Assembly (NCBI RefSeq): GCF_001457595.1
Contig: NZ_LN831039.1
Location: 3,630,001 to 3,662,000 of the forward strand
Direction of reading: 5' to 3'
Length of the DNA stretch: 32,000 nucleotides
Origin: Mycolicibacterium smegmatis
GTDB taxonomy: Bacteria; Actinomycetota; Actinomycetes; Mycobacteriales; Mycobacteriaceae
Positions 9,982-18,198 of the stretch are shown piece by piece. The translations under genes and the position numbers were made by a program. The notes beneath the pieces were generated by a model. That model was not told the origin of the DNA. It ran no database searches and was given only the letters and a program-made list of their open reading frames with translations. How positions within the stretch are numbered: position 1 is the stretch's first letter; the number at the start of each line of letters is the position of its first letter.

Positions 9982-10209
9982 TCAACGCTTGAGCCAGCTG
10001 TTCACCGTCTTCTGCTCACGGGTGTAGGTGGTCATGATGTCCTCTTGGTACAGCGTGGCCCCGCTGATCGTGGTGGAACCCTGCCAGACCACGCGGATCT
10101 TGTGGGTGCCGCGCATGAAGACGTCAACGCGGCCGAGGTCACGGTGCTGCCAGCCGGTGGTCTCGGCCAGTTCGCGCACGTCGTGTCGCTCATCGGTGGT
10201 TGTGGTCAT
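9982..10209 (-). CDS. small hypothetical protein (75 aa), no family recognised
   Basis: ATG start. The composition is balanced and not Arg/Pro-rich like the shadow ORFs. It fills the gap between the SDR gene and eis on the same strand. Confidence 0.5.
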   Translation of the reverse strand: MTTTTDERHDVRELAETTGWQHRDLGRVDVFMRGTHKIRVVWQGSTTISGATLYQEDIMTTYTREQKTVNSWLKR

Positions 10210-10266
10210 GCCGTGAATCTTAGCTGCGGCCGATCGGCACGGTCACCGGGCGCGGGCGGGTGCCGC

Positions 10267-11004
10267 TCAGAGCTTGTGCGGAACGTCGTTGACCAGACCG
10301 CCGTCCATCACGAACTCCGCTCCGGTGGCGTAACGGGACTCGTCGCTGGCCAGGAACACCACGAAGCTGGAGACCTCGTCGACCTCGCCGGGGCGGCCCA
10401 GCGGGATCCGCAACATGTCGTCGGGAAAATGCTCGGTCATCGGGGTGCGGATGAAGCCGGGGTGGATCGAGTTCACGCGGATCTGATGCGCGCCGAGTTC
10501 GAGCGCGGCCGATTTGGTCAGGCCGCGCACTGCCCACTTCGAGGCGACATAGGGGTGCACCATGGGCGCACCGCGCAGACCCTCGATCGAGGACACGTTG
10601 ATGATCGATCCGCCGCCTGCGGCCTTCATGGCGCCCACCGACGCCTGCATGCCCAAGAAGGTTCCCGTGAGGTTGACGTCGATGACGTTCTGCCACTTGG
10701 TCATGTCGAATTTGCCGATCGCGCCGAGCGCCACGATGCCCGCATTGTTGATCAGCACGTTGAGCAGACCGAAGTCGGTGGTCGCGGTGGCGACGGCGGT
10801 ATCCCAGTCCTCGGCCTGCGTGACGTCGAGGTGCACGTAGCGGGCGGCGTCGCCCAATTCGGCGGCGAGTGCGGCACCTTCGTCATCCAGGATGTCGCCG
10901 ATGACAACCTTGGCGCCCTCGGCGACCAGGGCCCTGGCGTGGGCCGCGCCCATGCCACGCGCACCGCCACTGATCAATGCAACTTTTCCGGCTACCCGTC
11001 CCAT
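10267..11004 (-). CDS. short-chain dehydrogenase/reductase, 3-alpha(or 20-beta)-hydroxysteroid dehydrogenase-like (FabG3-type)
   Basis: GKVALISGGARGMGAAHARAL (TGxxxGxG-type cofactor motif), NNAG, and YVASKWAVRGLTKS (YxxxK). It closely resembles M. tuberculosis FabG3/Rv2002 as I remember it. Start is ATG 11004, and the track start 11115 is an extension. Confidence 0.9.
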   Translation of the reverse strand: MGRVAGKVALISGGARGMGAAHARALVAEGAKVVIGDILDDEGAALAAELGDAARYVHLDVTQAEDWDTAVATATTDFGLLNVLINNAGIVALGAIGKFDMTKWQNVIDVNLTGTFLGMQASVGAMKAAGGGSIINVSSIEGLRGAPMVHPYVASKWAVRGLTKSAALELGAHQIRVNSIHPGFIRTPMTEHFPDDMLRIPLGRPGEVDEVSSFVVFLASDESRYATGAEFVMDGGLVNDVPHKL

Positions 11005-11037
11005 GACGCGTGAGGCTACCGCAGCGCACACATGAAT

Positions 11038-11051
11038 TAGAACCTGTTCCA
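11038..11051. promoter_or_regulatory. KstR-type operator (TAGAACCTGTTCCA) in a divergent promoter region
   Basis: Exact fit to the published KstR palindrome TnnAACnnGTTnnA. It lies in the 103-nt gap between the divergent SDR gene (start 11004) and DapB-N-like gene (start 11108), flanked by AATT on both sides. Confidence 0.6.
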
Positions 11052-11107
11052 ATTCTTGGTCCGAGTCGGCATACTTCGCCGTGCAGCCGCTGTGAAGGAG
11101 AGACACC

Positions 11108-12184
11108 ATGGCCATTCGCGTCGCTCACGTCGGAACCGGGAACGTCGGCCGTCTGGCTCTCGCGGGGTTGCTCACCAACCCCCGTCACGAACTGGTCGCG
11201 CTGAGTGTCTCGACCGAGGCCAAGGTGGGCAGGGACGCGGGCGAGCTTGCCGGGCTGGATCTTCGCACCGGCGTCACGGCCACCGCGGGACTGGACGCGG
11301 TGATCGACGCCAAGCCGGATTGCGCGGTGTACTGCGCTATGGGCGACACTCGCGGCCCCGACGCGATCGCCGATGTGGTGCGCCTGCTGGCGGCGGGGAT
11401 CAACGTCGTGGGCTCGGCACCCGTGGTGCTGCAGTTCCCGTGGAAGCTCATGCCCGGCAAGTACATCGCCGGTATCGAGGAGGCCGCGGCGGCAGGCGGT
11501 TCGAGCCTGTTCATCACGGGGGTCGACCCAGGCTTCGCCAACGATCTGATCCCGTTCGCGCTCGCGGGCACGTGTCAGAGCATCGAGCAGGTGCGCTGCA
11601 TGGAGATCGCCGACTATGCGACATACGACGGCGCCACGGTCATGTTCGACGTCATGGGTTTCGGCAAGCCGCTGGACCACACGCCCATCCTGTTCCAGCC
11701 GGGGGTGCTGTCCATCGCGTGGGGCACCTCGATCCGCCAACTCGCGGCGGGACTCGGCATCGAGATCGACGACATCACCGAGGTGTGTGAGAAAGAGCCC
11801 GCCCCAGGGGATTTCGAGATCGCGGCCGGGCATGTCGCGAAGGGCTCTGTGGCCGCGCTGCGGTTCGAGATCCGCGGCATGGTCGCCGGTGAACCGGTGA
11901 TCGTCATCGAGCACGTCACACGCCTACGCGGGGACCTGCGTCCGGACTGGCCCCAGCCCGCCCAGCCGGGTGGGTCCTACCGGGTCGAGATCGTCGGCGA
12001 GCCGTCCTATGCGGTAGACATCTGCCCCACGAGCCGCAAGGGCGACCACAACCACGCCGCGATCGTGGCGGCGGCCGGGCGGATCGTGAACGCCATTCCA
12101 GACGTGGTCGCCGCTCCCCCGGGCATCCGCACGACACTCGACATGCCGCTGGTCACCGGCAAGGGACTGTACAAGCCTGCCTGA
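11108..12184 (+). CDS. NAD(P)-binding oxidoreductase, dihydrodipicolinate-reductase-N-domain-like family
   Basis: MAIRVAHVGTGNVGRLAL is a Rossmann GxGxxG motif at the N-terminus. RBS GAAGGAG lies about 8 nt upstream. The exact function cannot be told from the sequence. Confidence 0.8.
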   Translation: MAIRVAHVGTGNVGRLALAGLLTNPRHELVALSVSTEAKVGRDAGELAGLDLRTGVTATAGLDAVIDAKPDCAVYCAMGDTRGPDAIADVVRLLAAGINVVGSAPVVLQFPWKLMPGKYIAGIEEAAAAGGSSLFITGVDPGFANDLIPFALAGTCQSIEQVRCMEIADYATYDGATVMFDVMGFGKPLDHTPILFQPGVLSIAWGTSIRQLAAGLGIEIDDITEVCEKEPAPGDFEIAAGHVAKGSVAALRFEIRGMVAGEPVIVIEHVTRLRGDLRPDWPQPAQPGGSYRVEIVGEPSYAVDICPTSRKGDHNHAAIVAAAGRIVNAIPDVVAAPPGIRTTLDMPLVTGKGLYKPA

Positions 12185-12191
12185 GCAGTGA

Positions 12192-12929
12192 TCACCAGCG
12201 CCGCGCGGGCATCCGCGCGAGCGACAGCACCGGCCAGCCGTGTTCGGCCGCGGCCGTCGCCAGGCCGGGGCGAGGGTTGACCGGGCGGGGGTGGCCCACC
12301 AGATGCATGAGCGCACAGTCCTCGGCGCCGTCGGCGTAGAAGAAACTGTGTCGCAGCTCGACCGAGTTCTGGACGCAGAAGTTCTGCACCACTTCGGCTT
12401 TGCGCGCACCCCAGATCACCGGTTTGACGATGTCCCCGGTCAACCGCCCGTGCTCGTCGGTTTCGAAGTGGTTGCACAGCACGTGGTCGATACCCAGATG
12501 CCGCGCGACCGGTTCGGCGTGGATGGTCAGCGCCGAGGAACTCAGCACCACGGTGTGGCCGCGGTCCTGATGCTTGCGCACGACGTCGCGCATGTGCGGA
12601 TAGACGCGTGGCGATATGCGGTTTTCGAACAGTTCCTCGCCCAGCACGTCGAGGTCGGCCAGCGCCTCGCCCCGCAGATATCCGGCGGCACGAACGAGCA
12701 GCCGTTCGAAGGGCATACGGCCGATGCGGTAGCGCACCGACGCCTCGATGATCCCGAGGACTTCGCCGAAGGCGGCCTGCCTGCGGCGGATGCGGTGACC
12801 GGCGTGGGCCGTCGCGGTGAAGCCGTCGACGAGGGTGCCGTCCAGGTCGAAGAACGCCCCCACCGCGGCACCGCCGGGACCGTCGTCGATCTCCGCGAGG
12901 GATTCGTGCGGCGACAAGGTTGGTCCCAT
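12192..12929 (-). CDS. HAD-IB family hydrolase (phosphoserine-phosphatase-like)
   Basis: HAD motif I FFDLDGTLVDG, followed by VVLSSSA and YADGAEDCAL motifs. Its 3' end is convergent with the previous gene, 7 nt away. Confidence 0.85.
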   Translation of the reverse strand: MGPTLSPHESLAEIDDGPGGAAVGAFFDLDGTLVDGFTATAHAGHRIRRRQAAFGEVLGIIEASVRYRIGRMPFERLLVRAAGYLRGEALADLDVLGEELFENRISPRVYPHMRDVVRKHQDRGHTVVLSSSALTIHAEPVARHLGIDHVLCNHFETDEHGRLTGDIVKPVIWGARKAEVVQNFCVQNSVELRHSFFYADGAEDCALMHLVGHPRPVNPRPGLATAAAEHGWPVLSLARMPARRW

Positions 12930-12984
12930 GGGTCAAGTAGATCAAGATGCCGTTGCGGCGGCGAATCATGGCTGAAAATGACTC

Positions 12985-13365
12985 ATGACTCCGAACCCGG
13001 GCGATGCCAGGCCCGAACTGGTGGTCAACGACATCGCCGCGGTGGTCGCCACGGGCAGGTTCGACGAGGCGCTGGCCTGGTACGGCTGCATCTTCGGCCG
13101 TGAACCCGATCTGCGTCCGGTGGCGGGCGTGGCCGAATGGCAACTGACCGCGACGGCCTGGCTGCAGCTCATCACCGACGAGGCCAGGGCCGGACGGACA
13201 GCGGTGCGTTTCGGCGTCACCGACCTGGCCGACACCCGCGCCGCACTCGCGGGTCGCGGCCTGATCGCCGCGGCCGAACCGCGGGTGATCGCCGATTTGG
13301 TCGCGGTTCTCGAGATCACCGACCCCGACGGCAACGAAGTGTCATTCGTCCAGGAGCTCACCTGA
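12985..13365 (+). CDS. VOC/glyoxalase-bleomycin-resistance family protein
   Basis: 126-aa product ending in the typical ITDPDGNEVSFVQE strand. It is divergent from the HAD gene. Confidence 0.7.
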   Translation: MTPNPGDARPELVVNDIAAVVATGRFDEALAWYGCIFGREPDLRPVAGVAEWQLTATAWLQLITDEARAGRTAVRFGVTDLADTRAALAGRGLIAAAEPRVIADLVAVLEITDPDGNEVSFVQELT

Positions 13366-13410
13366 AACACCGAGGGTTCGGCCCCACTGCCGCGTGGTGT
13401 GGTAGTAAAT

Positions 13411-13424
13411 TAGAACACGTTTCA
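13411..13424. promoter_or_regulatory. KstR-type operator (TAGAACACGTTTCA)
   Basis: Exact fit to TnnAACnnGTTnnA, 46 nt upstream of ATG 13470, in a locally AT-rich patch (GTAGTAAATTAGAACACGTTTCAGT). Confidence 0.65.
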
Positions 13425-13469
13425 GTCTGGTCCTGACGACGACTCCGAAGACCCACCGAAGGAGCAGGT

Positions 13470-14600
13470 ATGCACACCGCCCTCTGCGACGAGCTCGGCA
13501 TCGAGTTCCCCATCTTTGCGTTCACCCACTGCCGCGACGTGGTCGTCGCGGTCAGCAAGGCGGGCGGGTTCGGCGTGCTCGGCGCCGTCGGGTACACCCC
13601 CGAACAGCTTGAGATCGAGCTCAACTGGATCGACGAGCACATCGGCGACCATCCGTACGGCGTCGACATCGTGATCCCCAACAAGTACGAGGGCATGGAC
13701 GCCAACATGTCGGCCGACGAGCTGAAGGCGACACTCAACTCCCTCGTGCCCCAGGAACACCTCGACTTCGCCAAGAAGATCCTCGCCGATCACGGTGTGC
13801 CGACCGACGAGCTCGAGGACAACGCACTGCAGCTGCTGGGGTGGACCGAGGCGACCGCCACGCCGCAGGTCGAGATCGCGCTCAAGCACCCGAAGATGAC
13901 GCTGATCGCCAATGCGCTCGGCACGCCGCCTGCCGACATGATCAAGCACATCCACGATTCGGGCCGGAAGGTCGCCGCACTGTGCGGTTCGCCGTCGCAG
14001 GCGCGTAAACACGCCGACGCGGGCGTGGACATCATCATCGCCCAGGGTGGCGAGGCCGGCGGTCACAGCGGCGAGGTGGGTTCGATCGTGTTGTGGCCGC
14101 AGGTGGTCAAGGAGGTCGCGCCCGTGCCGGTACTGGCCGCGGGCGGTATCGGCAGCGGCCAGCAGATCGCGGCCGCGCTGGCGCTCGGCGCGCAGGGCGC
14201 CTGGACCGGCTCACAGTGGGTCATGGTCGAGGAGTCGGAGAACACCCCGGTGCAGCACGCCGCCTACGTGAAGGCGACGAGCCGCGACACCGTGCGCAGC
14301 CGCTCGTTCACGGGCAAGCCGGCCCGCATGCTGCGCAACGACTGGACCGAGGCGTGGGAGAACCCCGAGAATCCCAAGCCGCTCGGCATGCCGCTGCAGT
14401 ACATGGTGTCGGGCATGGCCGTGGCCGCCACCCACAAGTACCCCAACGAGTCCGTCGACGTCGCATTCAACCCGATCGGCCAGGTGGTGGGTCAGTTCAC
14501 CAAGGTCGAGAAGACCTCGGCGGTGATCGAGCGCTGGGTGCAGGAGTACCTCGAGGCGACGAGCACGCTCAACGCCCTCAACGAGGCCGCCAGCGTGTAG
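13470..14600 (+). CDS. nitronate monooxygenase / 2-nitropropane dioxygenase-like FMN oxidoreductase
   Basis: FMN-binding TIM-barrel motifs IIAQGGEAGGHSGEV and AAGGIGSGQQIAAALALGAQG. RBS GAAGGAG lies upstream of the ATG. Confidence 0.9.
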   Translation: MHTALCDELGIEFPIFAFTHCRDVVVAVSKAGGFGVLGAVGYTPEQLEIELNWIDEHIGDHPYGVDIVIPNKYEGMDANMSADELKATLNSLVPQEHLDFAKKILADHGVPTDELEDNALQLLGWTEATATPQVEIALKHPKMTLIANALGTPPADMIKHIHDSGRKVAALCGSPSQARKHADAGVDIIIAQGGEAGGHSGEVGSIVLWPQVVKEVAPVPVLAAGGIGSGQQIAAALALGAQGAWTGSQWVMVEESENTPVQHAAYVKATSRDTVRSRSFTGKPARMLRNDWTEAWENPENPKPLGMPLQYMVSGMAVAATHKYPNESVDVAFNPIGQVVGQFTKVEKTSAVIERWVQEYLEATSTLNALNEAASV

Positions 14601-14617
14601 CACGCCCCGTAGGCGAC

Positions 14618-14650
14618 AAAAGGCTGCGAGTTCTCTCGCAGCCTTTTGTG
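14618..14650 (+). terminator. intrinsic terminator hairpin
   Basis: Perfect 13-bp stem, AAAAGGCTGCGAG (14618-14630) pairing with CTCGCAGCCTTTT (14635-14647), with a 4-nt loop TTCT and a T-rich tail. It sits 18 nt after the stop at 14600. Confidence 0.7.
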
Positions 14651-14680
14651 TGTCTGGGGTCTTTCGCGCCGCCGTTCGAT

Positions 14681-14696
14681 TATGTAGGGTTACATA
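14681..14696. promoter_or_regulatory. palindromic candidate TetR operator TATGTA-GGGT-TACATA
   Basis: Perfect 6-bp inverted arms with a 4-nt spacer in an AT-rich patch, about 30-45 nt upstream of the TetR start codons. Confidence 0.45.
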
Positions 14697-14727
14697 CATA
14701 ACGGCCCGACGAATGAGAGGTGTCGAC

Positions 14728-15315
14728 GTGGCCAGTCCCCGCGAACGCATGGTGCGGTCCGCAGCAGTCCTGATCCGTGAACGCGGCGCACATCCGACCG
14801 CGATCGCCGATGTGCTCGCCCACAGCGGCGCACCCCGCGGGTCGGCCTACCACTACTTTCCCGGCGGCCGTACGCAGTTACTTTGCGAGGCAATCGATTA
14901 CGCGAGCGATCACGTCACGGCCCGGCTCGACCGGGCCACCGACACGTTCGCACTGCTCGACGACATGGTCGTCAGGTTCCGTGACCAGCTGCTCGCCAGC
15001 GACTTCCGCGCCGGATGCCCGGTCGTGGCGGTCGCGGTCGAGGCAGGCGACCCCGAGAAGGCCGACTCCGCCGACGCGGTGCGCGAACGCGCCGGCGCGG
15101 CGTTTCAGCGCTGGATCGCCCGCATCACCGCGCGCCTGTGCGACGACGGCGTGCCTGTCGAGCGCGCCGAGGAACTCGCGACGCTGATCACCACGTCCGT
15201 CGAGGGAGCCGTGCTGGTCGCGCGCACCACGCGCGACGTCAAGCCGCTCGAGCTCGTCCACCGCCAGCTGCGCGAACAACTCACCGCCGCGACCGGAAAG
15301 AAGGACCGCCCATGA
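14728..15315 (+). CDS. TetR-family transcriptional regulator
   Basis: HTH region TAIADVLAHSGAPRGSAYHYFPGGRTQLL. GAGAGG lies 8 nt upstream of GTG 14728, and ATG 14713 is an alternative start. The stop TGA at 15313-15315 overlaps the next gene's ATG (ATGA). Confidence 0.85.
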   Translation: MASPRERMVRSAAVLIRERGAHPTAIADVLAHSGAPRGSAYHYFPGGRTQLLCEAIDYASDHVTARLDRATDTFALLDDMVVRFRDQLLASDFRAGCPVVAVAVEAGDPEKADSADAVRERAGAAFQRWIARITARLCDDGVPVERAEELATLITTSVEGAVLVARTTRDVKPLELVHRQLREQLTAATGKKDRP

Positions 15316-17561
15316 CCTCAGGTACGGCCACAGACGCGACCGGCACCGAGTGGCACCACACGGCCTGCATCCTGTGTGAGTGCAACTGCGGCATCGTCGT
15401 ACAGGTCGAGAACCGCACGCTGGCGAAGATCCGTGGCGACAAGGACCATCCGGCATCGCGCGGCTACACGTGCAACAAGGCGCTGCGCCTGGACCACTAT
15501 CAGAACAGCGCAGGACGGCCCACCACGCCGATGCGGCGCAGGCCCGACGGCGAGTTCGAACCCGTCGACTGGGACACCGCGATCGCCGAGGTGGCAGAGG
15601 GTTTCCAGCGGATCGCGAAAACATATGGCGGAGAGCGCATCTTCTATTACGGCGGAGGTGGTCAGGGCAACCACCTGGGCGGCGCGTACAGCGGGGCGTT
15701 CCTCAGGGCACTCGGGTCGCGGTACCGCTCCAACGCCCTGGCGCAGGAGAAGACCGGCGAGGCCTGGGTCGACGCGCACCTCTACGGCGGGCACACCCGC
15801 GGCGAGCTCGAGCACGCCGAGGTGTCGGTGTTCGTCGGCAAGAATCCGTGGATGTCGCAGAGCTTTCCGCGCGCCCGGGTGGTGCTCAACGAGATCGCCA
15901 GGGACCCTGCGCGCTCGATGATCGTCATCGATCCGGTGCTCACCGAGACCGCCGCGCTCGCCGACCATCACCTGCGTGTGCGTCCCGGCACCGATGCGTG
16001 GTGCCTGGCCGCGCTCGCTGCGGTGCTGGTGCAGGAAAACCTGTGCGACGAAGAGTTTCTCACCCAACACGTCCACGGCGCCGACGCCGTACGCGAGGTG
16101 CTGCGTGACGTCGACATCGCCGAGAACGCACGGCGCTGCGGGGTCGCCGAGGAGCAGATCCGCGCCGCGGCGCGGCGCATCGGACGGGCCACGAGTGTGT
16201 CGGTGTTCGAGGATCTCGGTGTGCAGCAGGCCCCGAACTCGACCCTGTGCTCGTATCTCGACAAGCTGCTGTGGATCCTGACCGGCAACTTCGCCAAACC
16301 CGGTGGACAGCACTTGCATTCGACGTTCGCGCCGCTGTTCGGCAAGTCCGGTGTGGGGCGCACGCCGGTCACCGGCGCCCCTGTCATCGCCGGCCTGGTG
16401 CCCAGCAACGTGGTGCCCGAGGAGATCCTGACCGATCACCCGGACCGGTTCCGCGCGATGATCGTCGAGAGCAGCAACCCCGCACATTCGGTCGCCGACT
16501 CGGCCAGGGTGCGTGCGGCGCTGCAGGAGCTCGAACTGCTGGTGGTCATCGATGTCGCCATGACCGAGACCGCGCGGCTCGCCGACTACGTGCTGCCCGC
16601 CGCGACACAGTTCGAGAAGGCCGAGGCCACGTTCTTCAACCTGGAGTTCCCGCACAACACGTTTCATCTGCGGCACCGCTTGTTCGAACCACTGCAGGGC
16701 ACGCTGCCCGAGCCCGAGATCTGGGCGCGGCTGGTACGCGCTCTCGGCGTGGTCGACGAGGCCGAGCTCCAGCCGTTGCGCAGGGCCGCCGAAGCGGGCC
16801 TGGCAGAGTTCACGGCGGCGTTCTTCACGGCTGTGGCGAGCAACCCGACGCTGTCGAAGGTGCTGCCCTTCGTGCTGTACGAAACGCTCGGTCCGGCGCT
16901 GCCCGACGGCATGGCCGGGGCGGCCGCGCTGTGGGGCCTGGCGCAGAAGACCGCGATGACCTACCCGGATGCCGTGCGCCGCGCCGGCCATGCCGACGGC
17001 AACGCGTTGTTCGAGGCCATCCTGGCCAATCCGGCCGGTGTGACGTTCACCGTGCACGAGTACGCCGAGGACTTCACCCTGATCGATCACCCGGACCACA
17101 AGATCGCGCTGGAGATCCCGGAGATGCTCGACGAGATCCGCGCATTGCGCAACCAGCAGGCACCTTTGACCAGCTCCGAATTCCCGATCGTGCTGTCGGC
17201 CGGGGAACGTCGCGCGTACACCGCCAACGACATCATCCGCGACCCGGCATGGCGCAGACGAGATCCCGACGGCGCCTTGCGCGTCAGCCCTCACGATGCC
17301 GAGGAGCTGGGGCTGGCCGACGGTGGACGGGCCCGCATCACCACCGCCGCAGGCACCGCGGTGGCGCGCGTGGAGATCTCCGACGCGATGCTGCCCGGGC
17401 ATGCGTCGCTGCCGAACGGGCTGGGGCTCGATTACCGCGACGGTGATCGCGTGGTGGTACCGGGCGTGGCGCCCAATGCGCTCACTTCGACCGAGTGGCG
17501 CGACCCGTACGCGGGAACGCCGTGGCACAAGCACGTGCCCGCGCGTCTCGAAGCGGTGTGA
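15312..17561 (+). CDS. molybdopterin-dependent oxidoreductase (MopB superfamily, formate-dehydrogenase-like catalytic subunit), substrate unknown
   Basis: The N-terminal 4Fe-4S motif C-x2-C-x3-C (HHTACILCECNCG) plus a downstream Cys (YTCNKA), a length of 749 aa, and a C-terminal molybdopterin-dinucleotide-binding-like end. Start is ATG 15312, and the track start 15015 is an out-of-context extension over the TetR gene. Confidence 0.9.
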   Translation: MTSGTATDATGTEWHHTACILCECNCGIVVQVENRTLAKIRGDKDHPASRGYTCNKALRLDHYQNSAGRPTTPMRRRPDGEFEPVDWDTAIAEVAEGFQRIAKTYGGERIFYYGGGGQGNHLGGAYSGAFLRALGSRYRSNALAQEKTGEAWVDAHLYGGHTRGELEHAEVSVFVGKNPWMSQSFPRARVVLNEIARDPARSMIVIDPVLTETAALADHHLRVRPGTDAWCLAALAAVLVQENLCDEEFLTQHVHGADAVREVLRDVDIAENARRCGVAEEQIRAAARRIGRATSVSVFEDLGVQQAPNSTLCSYLDKLLWILTGNFAKPGGQHLHSTFAPLFGKSGVGRTPVTGAPVIAGLVPSNVVPEEILTDHPDRFRAMIVESSNPAHSVADSARVRAALQELELLVVIDVAMTETARLADYVLPAATQFEKAEATFFNLEFPHNTFHLRHRLFEPLQGTLPEPEIWARLVRALGVVDEAELQPLRRAAEAGLAEFTAAFFTAVASNPTLSKVLPFVLYETLGPALPDGMAGAAALWGLAQKTAMTYPDAVRRAGHADGNALFEAILANPAGVTFTVHEYAEDFTLIDHPDHKIALEIPEMLDEIRALRNQQAPLTSSEFPIVLSAGERRAYTANDIIRDPAWRRRDPDGALRVSPHDAEELGLADGGRARITTAAGTAVARVEISDAMLPGHASLPNGLGLDYRDGDRVVVPGVAPNALTSTEWRDPYAGTPWHKHVPARLEAV

Positions 17562-17644
17562 GCGCGAGGACCCCGACGCCGAGGGCGACGACAACGCCGT
17601 TCACGCGCCCGTTCGGCGACAGTTTCGTCGCTCTCGGCGATCGG

Positions 17645-18073
17645 TCAGGGCGCGGGCGCCACTGGTGCGGCGACGGGGGCGGCCGGCGGCGGCACGACCG
17701 GCGCTGCCGGCGCAGGTGGCTGGGGTCCCGGCGCCAGACCCGCGGGTGGCGGTGTGCCCGGGTCGAGTGGGCGCTGAGTCAGCAGGAACAGCGCCTCGTT
17801 GAAGCTGACGTCCTGGGTCTGCATGGCATGCCAGATCTCACGCAGATACGACATGGTGCGGCCCTGCGGCGGCCCGACCGGAACCTCCGACGTTCCCGGC
17901 GGCAGGTTGTCGGGGCTGGCCAGATGCGGTGTGCCCTCCTCGGCGACCACGGGCGTCGGCGGCGAGGGCTCCGGATCGGCCAGCGCCGCGGGCGCCCCCA
18001 GCAGCACGCTCAGGCCGACACCCCCGCCGGCAGCCAGGCACACAACTGTGCGCTCGATGAGCTTGTGTCGCAC
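17645..18073 (-). CDS. secreted proline-rich protein with Sec signal peptide
   Basis: GTG 18073 with GAAAGGGGA upstream. The signal peptide is VVCLAAGGGVGLSVLLGAPAALA/DPEP. A small central folded-looking segment (MSYLREIWHAMQTQDVSFNEALFLL) is flanked by Pro-rich N- and C-terminal tracts. Confidence 0.7.
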   Translation of the reverse strand: MRHKLIERTVVCLAAGGGVGLSVLLGAPAALADPEPSPPTPVVAEEGTPHLASPDNLPPGTSEVPVGPPQGRTMSYLREIWHAMQTQDVSFNEALFLLTQRPLDPGTPPPAGLAPGPQPPAPAAPVVPPPAAPVAAPVAPAP

Positions 18074-18184
18074 TGCGGTCCCCTTTCGTCCGCCTGACGC
18101 TCCTATGGCGATTGTTCTCCCGAGCGCCCCGCGGTGTTACAGAAATGGCTGATGTGGCTGCAGTGAGCGCACGGAGCCGGGCAT

Positions 18185-18198
18185 CAGAACACGTTCCA
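18185..18198. promoter_or_regulatory. near-consensus KstR-type box (CAGAACACGTTCCA)
   Basis: The core GAACACGTTC is a perfect palindrome. There is one mismatch to TnnAACnnGTTnnA (first T is C). It lies about 110 nt upstream of both divergent starts (18073 minus strand, 18307 plus strand). Confidence 0.45.

Noticed and set aside
7943-10027. A 694-aa + strand ORF over cinA and eis
   Set aside because: It is an off-frame shadow of two strongly supported minus-strand genes, with Ser/Arg/Pro-rich low-complexity translation.
9982-10209. The small ORF as a toxin-antitoxin component
   Set aside because: There is no adjacent small partner ORF, no recognisable toxin or antitoxin motif, and no overlapping-stop/start architecture.
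15318-17594. A 758-aa minus-strand ORF opposite the molybdoenzyme gene
   Set aside because: It is in exact antisense register with a gene that has clear MopB motifs. The composition is Arg/Gly/His-rich and no motifs are present.
17585-17631. A nested hairpin (GCGACGA...TCGTCGC with inner CGCCG...CGGCG) between the convergent molybdoenzyme and Pro-rich protein genes, considered as a bidirectional terminator
   Set aside because: The stems are short, the loop is large and there is no U-tract on either strand. This is not convincing as an intrinsic terminator, although mycobacterial terminators often lack U-tails.
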